DNA of 64,000 nucleotides from Pirellulales bacterium (lineage in GTDB: Bacteria; Planctomycetota; Planctomycetia; Pirellulales; JADZDJ01), in assembly GCA_035656635.1 (NCBI GenBank), contig DASRSD010000039.1, positions 2,083 through 66,082 on the forward strand. The letters are read 5' to 3'. This document shows, piece by piece, positions 44,902 to 53,800 of this stretch (position 1 is the first letter of the stretch; the number at the start of each line of letters is the position of its first letter). The notes under the pieces were generated by a model, which saw only the letters and a list, made by a program, of their open reading frames with translations, was not told where the DNA came from and searched no databases. The position numbers were made by a program, and so were the translations under genes.

Positions 44902-44929
44902 CATACGCTGGCTGGCAAACATAGGTTCC
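44902..44929 (-). promoter_or_regulatory. ECF-type promoter candidate upstream of the giant gene
   Basis: The minus strand reads GGAACC (44929-44924), a 16-nt spacer, then CGTATG (44907-44902). This fits the general ECF pattern (-35 GGAAC, -10 CGT). It lies 34 nt upstream of ATG 44868 and inside the longest-ORF extension. Confidence 0.3.
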
Positions 44930-45326
44930 CCCTAAGACTTGAATCCCCCGATTCGATCTGAATCTGAGCTGTATCTCTTCGAAATCGTACGAACTTTTAC
45001 ATGGAGAGCGTCGAAGTGCACTCACCACAGGGTCGCTGCAACTTCGATACACTTCCCCGTCACCAATTACCTACCGAAAATTTTTCCGGAATAGCCCCCG
45101 AGTCCGGAACATTGAGATGCAATTTTGCAAACGTTGTTGATGCCCACAACGTCGAATGCAAGATCCTCGTAATTCTCTATATTTAAACCCAAACTCGTTA
45201 CAAAGCAAGCATTTACACATATTCTTTTCACACCCAAACGGCTAGTTTAGGGGTGATTGGTTTCGCATTGATTTGTTTTCCACTGCTGCTCGTGGGATTC
45301 GCCTGACATTGGCAAAAAAAGTCTTC

Positions 45327-45370
45327 GGCCAAGGGGGCATCGGGGGGGGATTAAGAGTGCCCCCTTGGCC
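45327..45370 (-). terminator. strong intrinsic terminator after the anti-sigma gene
   Basis: 13-bp perfect stem GGCCAAGGGGGCA / TGCCCCCTTGGCC with an 18-nt loop. On the minus strand it is followed by a T-run (plus-strand AAAAAAA 45314-45320). A weaker T-run follows on the plus strand. Confidence 0.65.
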
Positions 45371-45507
45371 TCCAACTCTTTTTGCTACAAATAACCGAGC
45401 GTTAGCTTTTGGACTTTCATCATGTCTCTTTGCTAAACAATGAATATGCTGGCCATTGGCGTCATGTTTCAATTTGCTTCCGACACAATTCCAATTTGCC
45501 TAACCGG

Positions 45508-47247
45508 CTACCATGTGTTGCCATCGGCCGCGGCCGTGCGCACCAATCGAATGTGCTTGTTAATTTCCGCTTCGGTCAACGGCCGATCGTACAAGGCAAC
45601 TTCGTCCAATTCGCCCACAAAAGGCCGCGTGGCCGCATTCGGTCCGGAGGTAAACGTAAATAACTGGCCCATTAAAATGCGTAATCCGGCGGGGGTGTCG
45701 GTGGTATCCGTCGCTTCCGCCGCCACTTTTCCATCTAAAAATAATTTCATTTGCACGCCGTCCTTGACCGCTGCCACATGCTGCCAAATACGGGGCGTAT
45801 ACGTCACGTTGGAATAGCACGATGTTCCCGTTTTGGGCGACATGCCCGGTGGATTGCGGTGCAAAAAGCGAATCCGATCGATTTGCGACGCGCTGGAACT
45901 CGGATCCGATGCCGGCCCAATCAGCTCGACCATGGCCCCGTGCAGCGGGAGCTTGGAGCTATCGGCGTTGCACTTCACCAGCAAAAAGATCGAACCAAAC
46001 TGGCAATAGCCGGGCTTCATCCAGAATTCGATGGAATAGGCATCCTTCAAAGCGTCCGCCAAATCGTCGTTCGACAATAATAAACCCGATTGCGACGACA
46101 TGCCGAATTCGGCCGTTTGATTTCCATTGGGATAGGTGCGCCAGTCGACGTGCCCTTCAATGCGGCAAGCAAAGCGATCGCCCATTTCGTTGGGAACTAA
46201 ATTTTCTTGCACGTTATCAAACCGCCAGTAGGCCACCGGCTTAGCCTGTTTGATCGCCGTCACATAATTTTTGGGAATGTTCAAATGGCTGGCATTCATG
46301 GAGGCCTGCGTAATAAACGCCCCCTCCTCAGCCATTCCTTTTTGCACGGCGATCGATCGCTCGGCATCCACCGAAACTCGTAGCGAGCTGCCCGCAGCCA
46401 CGGGAAGCGGGCCGGCCAAATTGCCGGCAGAAAATAATTGCGACGGATCAAAAATTACGCCGCCGGAAAACACATGCAGTTCCACCTTATTGGCATAAGA
46501 AATAATGCCAAATGAGGCATCGTTCGAGGCAATCACGCTGCCCAAGCCGGTCTCCAGAGCGTAGAAGTCGCTCTCCCCGCTAATCGCCACCGAGACTTTT
46601 CCGTACTGCAAACTAGGCACGCCTTGGCTGGTCATCATCAAACTGACGGGCCCTTCGAGAATAAACTGCCCGACTTTCCCATCGGACAAGACCGAATTGA
46701 TTTCGGCCACACCCTCCAGCAAACAGAGCGATTGACCAGGGCTGAGCTCACTATCGCGTTTCAAAGCCGCGGTACTATGCGTGGAATCCCACAGGCAATT
46801 GGTGACTTTGACCAGTTTTGCCACATAAGGAACCGCATCCCCTTTATCGCCCGCCACTCGCTGCGTCGCTCTGGGATCCGCGAAATTGCCCATCGCCCCT
46901 ATGCGAAACGCGGCATAGCAGCATGCGGCAATCGCGACAACGAAAAGCAGCAACATCCCCAGCGGCGAACGTGGCCAAGTGAAGAAGCTGCCGCCTAATC
47001 CCTGAGGGAAACGAGCCGGCTTGCTTTGCTCCTCCGCAATGCCTTCGGCCGCGGCGGGGTTCGACGATTCTTTGAGGAAGCGCGCTGAATTCTCGGCCAA
47101 CAACGATTCGCGCAACTGTTGGTGAAAAAACACCTCGCGCGCAAAAATTTCCACGTTTTCCCCATCGGCTTCCAACCAGGCCTTGAGCTGCGCGATCGCC
47201 GCGTTATCGGCCGTGCCATCCAGATAATCGTCGATTAGCTGCAACAT
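45508..47247 (-). CDS. anti-sigma factor (FecR-like) with C-terminal LamG/concanavalin-like domain
   Basis: N-terminal anti-sigma helix region (LIDDYLDGTADNAAIAQLKAWLEAD), a TM helix (LLLFVVAIAACCYAAF), a FecR-like beta region, and a C-terminal LamG pattern ending GELDEVALYDRPLTEAEI. Starts 28 nt after the sigma gene stop. Confidence 0.7.
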   Translation of the reverse strand: MLQLIDDYLDGTADNAAIAQLKAWLEADGENVEIFAREVFFHQQLRESLLAENSARFLKESSNPAAAEGIAEEQSKPARFPQGLGGSFFTWPRSPLGMLLLFVVAIAACCYAAFRIGAMGNFADPRATQRVAGDKGDAVPYVAKLVKVTNCLWDSTHSTAALKRDSELSPGQSLCLLEGVAEINSVLSDGKVGQFILEGPVSLMMTSQGVPSLQYGKVSVAISGESDFYALETGLGSVIASNDASFGIISYANKVELHVFSGGVIFDPSQLFSAGNLAGPLPVAAGSSLRVSVDAERSIAVQKGMAEEGAFITQASMNASHLNIPKNYVTAIKQAKPVAYWRFDNVQENLVPNEMGDRFACRIEGHVDWRTYPNGNQTAEFGMSSQSGLLLSNDDLADALKDAYSIEFWMKPGYCQFGSIFLLVKCNADSSKLPLHGAMVELIGPASDPSSSASQIDRIRFLHRNPPGMSPKTGTSCYSNVTYTPRIWQHVAAVKDGVQMKLFLDGKVAAEATDTTDTPAGLRILMGQLFTFTSGPNAATRPFVGELDEVALYDRPLTEAEINKHIRLVRTAAADGNTW

Positions 47248-47275
47248 TCCGCGGGGATCCTATGAGGACGTTTTC

Positions 47276-47797
47276 TTAGGCGCTGGCATTCAATTTGCGC
47301 TGAATACAATCTCGCAAGCCGCTTCGAGCACGGTGCAACATGACGCGCACCGCCCCGGAAGTAATGCCCATTCGTTGAGCAATTTCCTGCGGCTTCAAAT
47401 CGAACGCGTATCTCCAACGCAAAACTTCCAACAGTCGCTGTCTTTGCTTTTCCAAGCACAATCGCAAGGCCCGGCGCGTGGCCGTCCATTCATCCGACTT
47501 CCCTTCAAATGCCATCTGCAATTGATCGATTAAGCCCATCTCTAATAGCCGGTTGGCATCCTTCAACATTTCGCGACGCTCCTTCAAAGCCACGTTCTTT
47601 GCAATTCCCATGGCCCAGGGGAGAAAAGGCCGAGCCGGATCATATTTTTCAAATTCCCGGACCAGCACTACAGCCACCTGCTGAACGATGTCCTCCGTAG
47701 CATGAAAATCTCGAACAAAAGAAAATACGAAAGCCGCCACCACGGACTGCGACTCCGTCCACAGGCGAGCCAGTTTTTCGGTATTTTCTTGCTCCAC
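47276..47797 (-). CDS. ECF-type RNA polymerase sigma-70 factor
   Basis: Region 2 (EDIVQQVAVVLVREFEKYDPARPFLPWAMGIAKN) and region 4 (RQRLLEVLRWRYAFDLKPQEIAQRMGITSGAVRVMLHRARSGL). The start is set at GTG 47797, preceded by GGTGGGGGGA. The longest ORF uses TTG 47872. Confidence 0.85.
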   Translation of the reverse strand: MEQENTEKLARLWTESQSVVAAFVFSFVRDFHATEDIVQQVAVVLVREFEKYDPARPFLPWAMGIAKNVALKERREMLKDANRLLEMGLIDQLQMAFEGKSDEWTATRRALRLCLEKQRQRLLEVLRWRYAFDLKPQEIAQRMGITSGAVRVMLHRARSGLRDCIQRKLNASA

Positions 47798-48110
47798 GCG
47801 TCCCCCCACCTTCCAGCCGAGCAAAAATCGAAGTTTACGGCCCGCGCAAACACCGACACTAGTTATTTCCAAAAGCCGGTTAATCGTTACAACAGTTGCT
47901 CAAATTTCTTTCCGCATTTTATTGGTTTTTGCATTCCTCAAGAAGCGGAATGGATGTAACCTACGTTAGAATAAATACTTGCAGCATTAGTTGCCACAGT
48001 TCGATCGGAATCCGGGCACGAAAAGCGTGGGTTTTGCAAAGCCGTCCATGCCCACATTGCCTGACCTACGAATCCGCAATTCAAACTTGAGCGAGGCGCC
48101 CCGTTAGGCC

Positions 48111-49211
48111 ATGCGATTTTGGATCACGCTGATCGTTTGCTCGCTGTTAAGCTGGCTTGGCGTCTTCGGAACTGCCATGGGCGTGGCCCAATCTATTTCG
48201 CTGACCGATGTGCAACGGAAACGATTAGCGGAAATCGTGCACGGCGATAAGGATGCCGGGGCGATGTTTGCCGCGTTCAAGCGTCAGGCAGACCAGGCAT
48301 TGAACGACCAGCCTAAGCCCATCGACAAAATTCAGACAGAAGGAAAATTGCCCAAGGATCCCGTGAAATTGAAAACCGAGGAAAGCCTGGCCGACATGGG
48401 GAAGCTGGAGGCACTCGCCTTCGCCTACGCCGTAACCGCCGAGCCAAAATATGCGGACAAATCGCGCGAGTTCCTTCTAGTGTGGGCGGGAACCAACCAC
48501 TCCAAAGGGGACCCGATTGACGACACGAACTTGGAACCGTTGCTGTTCAATTACGATTTAACTCGCAGCACGTTTTCCGCCGACGAGCGCCAAGCCGTGG
48601 ATGCGTATTTGCGAGGCGTCGCCGCTGTGGAACTGGCCACGGCGAAAAGCAAGGACAATAATCATTTCAACAATTGGCATAGCCACCGCTTAAAAATTGT
48701 GGGCCTGATCGCCTTTTTGTTGCCCGACCAGGCGCTGATCGACACGACGGTAAGAATGTACAAAGAGCAAATCGAACACAACATTGAACCGGACGGCAGC
48801 ACGTATGATTTTCACGAGCGCGACGCCCTGCATTATCATCTTTATGATCTGGCTCCCTTGCTGACGTTGGCCATCGCAGCCAAAGCCAACGGCGTCGATT
48901 TGTATTCCTATCAATCGCCTAAGGGAGGCAGCCTTGGCAAAACAATCGAGTTTCTTCTGCCTTATGCGCAAGGCACGAAAACGCACGCCGAATTTGTAAA
49001 CTCAAAAGTCAGTTTCGATCGCAAACGAGCGGAAGCCGGCGCAAAAGAATACCAGTCGGGATCTGCCTTTCAGCCGCATTCCGCACTGACGGTGCTGGGA
49101 TTAGCCGAGTTTTTTGACCCCAGCTTGCTGGATTTGGTGCACACGCTATCGCACGGCAATTCGCCAAAATATCCAACTTGGCAAATCGTTTTAAACGAAG
49201 TCCGGAAATAG
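48111..49211 (+). CDS. alginate-lyase-family (PL5/heparinase-N-like alpha/alpha toroid) protein, secreted
   Basis: Signal peptide. ALAFAYAVT..KYADK, NNHFNNWHSHRL and DGSTYDFHERDALHYHLY fit the Alginate_lyase family pattern. Substrate unknown. Confidence 0.55.
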   Translation: MRFWITLIVCSLLSWLGVFGTAMGVAQSISLTDVQRKRLAEIVHGDKDAGAMFAAFKRQADQALNDQPKPIDKIQTEGKLPKDPVKLKTEESLADMGKLEALAFAYAVTAEPKYADKSREFLLVWAGTNHSKGDPIDDTNLEPLLFNYDLTRSTFSADERQAVDAYLRGVAAVELATAKSKDNNHFNNWHSHRLKIVGLIAFLLPDQALIDTTVRMYKEQIEHNIEPDGSTYDFHERDALHYHLYDLAPLLTLAIAAKANGVDLYSYQSPKGGSLGKTIEFLLPYAQGTKTHAEFVNSKVSFDRKRAEAGAKEYQSGSAFQPHSALTVLGLAEFFDPSLLDLVHTLSHGNSPKYPTWQIVLNEVRK

Positions 49212-49261
49212 CGGCCGATCAATAGTTACGAAGATTGCCGCCAAATAAGCTTGAATCCATC

Positions 49262-50299
49262 TCACACATTTTTTGACTGATAGTATTCGGTGCGTGCCAA
49301 GCCGGCGGCGCCGAGATAACCGGCGTCCGATTCTAACCGGGCAAACTCAATTTTCGTTCGATCGGCCAGCATCGCAAAGGTTCGGCGACGCACTTCTTGG
49401 CGAATTTGCTCTAAAAACCGCCTGCCCAGCTGCGACTGGATTCCGCCAAAATTCATCGCGCCCCCGAGGATGATGATTTCAGGATCGATGGTGTGCATGA
49501 TATTGACGATGCCCACCGCCATGTACCGGGCCGTATCCATCACAATTTCCAGCGCCAATGCGTCGCCGTTTTCGGCTTCTTCGGCCAGCAACAGCGTCGT
49601 CAGTGGTGCGCCTTGTTCCATTCGATAAGTGAGCGACGATTTTCTGCCCGATTGCAATTCTTCATTCGTGCACTTCACCACCGAGGTGGCACTGGCGTAT
49701 GCTTCTAAGTGACCACGCTGACCACAACCACATAGCCGGGCCGTTTCACTGCAATCGATAATGGCGTGACCGTATTCGCCGCCGAGGCTGTGTTGCCCGT
49801 CGATCGGCTTACCATCGACAATGATGCCACCCCCGATGCCAGTGCCCAGGGTAAACATGGCCAGGCTTTGCACGCTCCCCCAGCCCAACCAATATTCGGC
49901 GAAGGCAGCGGCACTGGCGTCGTTGCCGTAGGTTACTGGCAGGTTGCACGCCTGAGCGAGCCGATCGCGGATGGGAAAGTTATGCCAGTGCGGCATGTTC
50001 ACCGGAGCCACGAGTGTCCCCGTTGCCAAATCGAGCGGACCCGGCGTGCCCAGCCCCACACGTGCCACACTTCCCGGCGGTAAGCCCGCCACCATGATCA
50101 TTTGCCTCACGGCATTTCCGATGCGGCGGATGCCGGCCTCGGGTCCAGCAGGCTCCTCGGTGGCAATGGAGAGAAACGAGAGTGTGCGGCCTAAATCGTC
50201 CACCAATCCAATTTTAGTGTTCGTACCCCCAACATCGACGCCCACAAATAATGGCGTTTTTGCGTCGAGAAATGAAATGGTGGTACGTGAAGCGGGCAT
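49262..50299 (-). CDS. ROK family sugar kinase (glucokinase-like)
   Basis: FVGVDVGGTNTKIGLV, GLGTPGPLD, NDASAAAFAEYW, and the ROK Zn motif GHAIIDCSETARLCGCGQRGHLEAY. The start is set at Met 50299. The longest ORF (50410) would translate a REP element. Confidence 0.87.
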   Translation of the reverse strand: MPASRTTISFLDAKTPLFVGVDVGGTNTKIGLVDDLGRTLSFLSIATEEPAGPEAGIRRIGNAVRQMIMVAGLPPGSVARVGLGTPGPLDLATGTLVAPVNMPHWHNFPIRDRLAQACNLPVTYGNDASAAAFAEYWLGWGSVQSLAMFTLGTGIGGGIIVDGKPIDGQHSLGGEYGHAIIDCSETARLCGCGQRGHLEAYASATSVVKCTNEELQSGRKSSLTYRMEQGAPLTTLLLAEEAENGDALALEIVMDTARYMAVGIVNIMHTIDPEIIILGGAMNFGGIQSQLGRRFLEQIRQEVRRRTFAMLADRTKIEFARLESDAGYLGAAGLARTEYYQSKNV

Positions 50300-50383
50300 A
50301 AAACGCGAGGTTTTCTGGTTCCGTCCATCATACTTACTGTCGCAATTTGGTGCATTGGGTGACAGCAGGCTAAGGCCGAATTG

Positions 50384-50404
50384 CCCGACTGACAGTCGGG
50401 CTAT
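50384..50404. repeat. isolated short REP variant
   Basis: CCCGACT-GAC-AGTCGGGCTAT has the same core and CTAT tail as the RAYT-associated REPs, with a 7-bp stem. Confidence 0.55.
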
Positions 50405-50548
50405 GTGCAAACATGCTGGCTAACTTGCCCATCGGCTAGAGCATCGACTACAACTAATCGGAGCAGCGCTGCTCCCTTCCACCGAAGCATCTGCGAACGC
50501 TTCGGTCGTAACTTCGCGCGAGTAGTGCAGCCCGGAGTTGGTTCCGTC

Positions 50549-51187
50549 ATGGGCGAAATCACCACCGACGATTTGCAACAGTGCTTAGATCGCCTGCGTC
50601 AAGGCGATGCAGCCGCGCGAAACCAACTCCTCGAGTTTGCCAGCGAGCGATTCAATATGTTGGCGCGCCGCATGCTGAATCAGTTCAATCGCCTGCGAAC
50701 GTTCGAACAGACGGGCGACGTAATGCAAAGCGCCATGCTGCGGTTGTGGCTGGCGCTGAAAGACGTGCACCCAACCACCGTGCGCGAGTTCCACGGACTG
50801 GCCGCCACGGAAATTCGCCGTGTATTGCTCGATTTGTCGCGGAAGTATTTCGGCCGGGCCAAATTCATGACCTCGCGCGGCGAGCGCATCACCAAGTTGC
50901 CGGAAAATTCCCCAGCCCATGTGAAAGCGCCCATCGACGAAATTGCGCAGTCGGTTCCTCATGGAGGTGTCGACGGCCCGGAACGATTGGCAGACTGGCT
51001 CGAGCTCCACCAATTCGTGGAATCGCTCCCCGACGATGAACGAGAACTTGTAAACCTGCTGTTCTTTTTGGAGCTGTCGCAACAGGAAGTGGCCCGGCTA
51101 TTATCCGTTGACGAAAGCACCGTCAAGCGGCGGTGGCGTCGGCTGCGAGAAGAACTTGCCAAGCAAACGAAGGATTGGTTGCCGTAA
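50549..51187 (+). CDS. ECF-type sigma-70 factor (kinase-associated ECF-like subgroup)
   Basis: MGEITTDDLQQCLDRLRQGDAAARNQLLEF..MLARRML, and region 4 LPDDERELVNLLFFLELSQQEVARLLSVDESTVKRRWRRLR. The start is set at ATG 50549, with GGAG 11 nt upstream. Confidence 0.82.
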   Translation: MGEITTDDLQQCLDRLRQGDAAARNQLLEFASERFNMLARRMLNQFNRLRTFEQTGDVMQSAMLRLWLALKDVHPTTVREFHGLAATEIRRVLLDLSRKYFGRAKFMTSRGERITKLPENSPAHVKAPIDEIAQSVPHGGVDGPERLADWLELHQFVESLPDDERELVNLLFFLELSQQEVARLLSVDESTVKRRWRRLREELAKQTKDWLP

Positions 51188-51205
51188 AGATGCCCGTTGC
51201 GCAAG

Positions 51206-51236
51206 AAAAACGGCCTCACTGCGAAGGCCGTTTTGC
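51206..51236. terminator. bidirectional intrinsic terminator between convergent genes
   Basis: AAAACGGCCT (51207-51216), an 8-nt loop, then AGGCCGTTTT (51225-51234). An A-run lies before and a T-run after, so it can serve both strands. Confidence 0.6.
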
Positions 51237-51262
51237 TTCGTTTGCAGCAGTATGTGGTTGAC

Positions 51263-51691
51263 TTAGGCCCACATGTGCCGCTGTTGCACTGGGTAATCCC
51301 AGTCCACGATTTTTTCTACGCCGTGCCGGATTTCGCCATCGCCACGGTAGTTGGACCGCTCGGAACCATCATACGAAGTCTGCCAGTTTTCCAGCGTTAC
51401 CTGCGGATGGTACTGCAACATCGGCGGGCGAGTTTCGGCACAGCAAACTTGGACGTATTTGGCGTCACGTCCCCCTTCCGGCGTGAGATTGGATTTTACA
51501 TCATCGTAATTGACGCCATCGCGCAGGTTCTTGGTTTTTTCAGCCTGCGGATTTTTCGTGTGCAGCATCGCACGGCCTGCCAGGAATGCCGAACGACTTT
51601 CGGCGGCGGACACAGTTTGCATTTTTGCAAGTGTCAACCAGCCCGTCACACAAATCACAATTCCAAGCGAGGTGATGAATGAGCGGTTCAT
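51263..51691 (-). CDS. hypothetical secreted protein
   Basis: 142-aa ORF with signal peptide MNRSFITSLGIVICVTGWLTLAKMQTVSAAE. No family recognised. Confidence 0.45.
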   Translation of the reverse strand: MNRSFITSLGIVICVTGWLTLAKMQTVSAAESRSAFLAGRAMLHTKNPQAEKTKNLRDGVNYDDVKSNLTPEGGRDAKYVQVCCAETRPPMLQYHPQVTLENWQTSYDGSERSNYRGDGEIRHGVEKIVDWDYPVQQRHMWA

Positions 51692-51949
51692 GGTCGTTCT
51701 CCCTAATTGAAAAGAGCGGTTTTCAAAATCTGCGTGGTTTGGTCGGTTTTCGTCGCAGGTCGTCGACCAGGCTTAATGCCTCTACCTAATAAAGCGGCAC
51801 GCTGCCCCGGAGGGGGGCACGCAATAAGAAAAATTATTTCTTGCCGGAAACCACGGGGAAACCAACGATTCATCCGCCCAGGGAACTTGGCTGGGCTGGT
51901 ATGATGAAACATCAGCCTGTCGCATAATCCCTCACTTTCGATTTCCACC

Positions 51950-52273
51950 ATGAGTTCACAAGAGGCCATCTATAAATCTGGGCTTTCACGCAGCGATGTC
52001 GACGCGTTGGAGGGACCCCTTGTTTTGAATTTCGGAACAAACTGGTGTGGTTACTGCAGCGCAGCGTGGCCAATAATTGCAGAGGCGCTACAAACATTCC
52101 CTACAGTGAAACATTTGGGCGTCGAAGATGGCCCTGGCCGCGCATTGGGCCGATCGTTTCATGTGAAGTTATGGCCCACTTTGATTTTCCTGAAAAACGG
52201 CACGGAGGTCGCCCGGCTGGTTCGTCCATCTACCGCTGATGAGTTGCGTTCCGCGCTGCAACTAATTGCCTGA
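51950..52273 (+). CDS. thioredoxin-fold protein
   Basis: 107 aa. LVLNFGTNWCGYCSAAWP has a WCxxC active site. WPTLIFLKNG is the cis-Pro region. Confidence 0.78.
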   Translation: MSSQEAIYKSGLSRSDVDALEGPLVLNFGTNWCGYCSAAWPIIAEALQTFPTVKHLGVEDGPGRALGRSFHVKLWPTLIFLKNGTEVARLVRPSTADELRSALQLIA

Positions 52274-52341
52274 ACATCCGGCGTAGCGATTGGTTAAAAT
52301 TGAAGTGCCGCCAGAGTTCAAGTGCGCACCGGAGGAAAACA

Positions 52342-53175
52342 ATGTCAGCCGTCTGGGGACACCGCGGATGTCGCGGCCTGCAAAATCCGCCGGAAAACTC
52401 TCTGGCAGCATTTGAAGCTGCCATCGTGCAGGAAGCCGACGGCATCGAACTGGATGTCTTTCTCACGACCGATCGAGTCTTGGTCGTATTCCATGCCGAC
52501 AAGTTGGATCGTTTAACCAACGGCAGCGGAAAAATTGTGACAAAATCGTTTGCCGATTTGCAGGTTTTAAAACTAAAAGAAAATTGCAGTCCGAACCTGA
52601 GCGACCAGCGGATTCCCACGCTCGATCAGGTGCTGGACCTCGTCGATCAGTCGCGCCAACGGTACCGAAACAGTCATTCCGAGGAAGAATTTGTCGTCAA
52701 CATCGAAATGAAAGCTGGCGACCTCGCCGAGCCTTTAGGCGCGGCACTCCGCCAGCGTTTGCAGCAAGGATGGAAGGCAAAGAATTTTTTGGTCAGCTCG
52801 TTCGAAGTTTCTAACCTAGTGAAAATGCAATCTCCATCTTTAGAAGTGCCGCTCGGCGTGCTATTGAGCAGCAACGAAGCGCCGTGGGATCTGACCTTGG
52901 CGGAGATCGACAAGCGGCTTGCTTCTCTGCCCATTCAACCACAGACCGTCAATCTAACGCTCCCGTCTCTTACCGGCGAAGCCATTTCGCGAATCGTTGC
53001 GATTGGCGCCCGGCCTGTAGCCTGGACCTATAACGAAATCAATCCGGAGCTTTTACCAACGCAAAAACAACAAGCAATGGCAGAGCTATTGCTGCAAAAT
53101 AACATTCCTCTGATTACCGACTACCCACGGCAGATGCGTCAGCTGCTCGAAAACTATTCCACGCATGAGCACTAG
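52342..53175 (+). CDS. glycerophosphodiester phosphodiesterase family protein
   Basis: VWGHRGCRG..PENSLAAFEAAIVQEADGIELDVFLTTDRVLVVFHAD is the GDPD catalytic His/Glu/Asp pattern. The start is at ATG 52342, with GGAGGAAAA upstream. Confidence 0.85.
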   Translation: MSAVWGHRGCRGLQNPPENSLAAFEAAIVQEADGIELDVFLTTDRVLVVFHADKLDRLTNGSGKIVTKSFADLQVLKLKENCSPNLSDQRIPTLDQVLDLVDQSRQRYRNSHSEEEFVVNIEMKAGDLAEPLGAALRQRLQQGWKAKNFLVSSFEVSNLVKMQSPSLEVPLGVLLSSNEAPWDLTLAEIDKRLASLPIQPQTVNLTLPSLTGEAISRIVAIGARPVAWTYNEINPELLPTQKQQAMAELLLQNNIPLITDYPRQMRQLLENYSTHEH

Positions 53176-53371
53176 GGGCGGAGAGCAAATATCCCCGACA
53201 GGATTTGAATGCACAACCGAGCACGGTGGCCGCGGCGAGCGAACGCAGGGCGTTAGGCAGGCAAAAACGCAACAACGCTGAAATATATAATGGCGACATG
53301 AGCGATATTACAGAAATCCAAGCTTTCTAAATCAGCCGCCGGCCGCCGATGGTGAAGTTGATCTCACTTCT

Positions 53372-53800
53372 ATGCACACTTCGGAAGGCCCGGGCGTTGT
53401 TATCGGCCCCTACAAGTTGCTACAGCAAATCGGCGAAGGGGGCATGGGCGTGGTCTATATGGCCGAGCAGCAGAAGCCTGTCCGCCGCCGTGTTGCGCTC
53501 AAGATTATCAAGCCAGGCATGGACAGCCGGCTGGTAATCGCCCGCTTCGAGGCCGAGCGACAGGCACTGGCGATGATGGACCACCCCAACATTGCCCGGG
53601 TGCTGGATGCCGGTTGCACCGAGAGCGGTCTGCCCTACTTTGCCATGGAATTAGTACAGGGCATTCCCATCACGCAATACTGCGACGACAAGCAGCTCAA
53701 CACTGTCGAGCGGCTGGAGCTGTGCCGCCGAAATTCCGATCGACCTGAAGCTGCAGAACCTCCCTTCCAAGGACGATTTCTGGAAGAACTGGGAACGTGA
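53372..53800 (+). pseudogene. Ser/Thr protein kinase, truncated after the N-lobe
   Basis: [23 protein letters not shown] (Gly-rich loop), VALKIIKPG (VAIK Lys), [21 protein letters not shown], and [16 protein letters not shown]. Homology stops at ..ERLEL (53722). The HRDLKP catalytic loop, DFG and APE are absent, and the frame then reads 25 unrelated codons to a stop. Confidence 0.78.

Noticed and set aside
53176-53300. tRNA-like string ...CGGAGAG...GACAGGATTTGAATGCACAACC... that might mark a tRNA or att site downstream of the GDPD gene.
   Set aside because: The putative T-arm flanks (ACAGG / TGCAC) are not complementary, and no acceptor or anticodon stems can be drawn. I do not call a tRNA. 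A decayed fragment cannot be excluded without a covariance-model scan.
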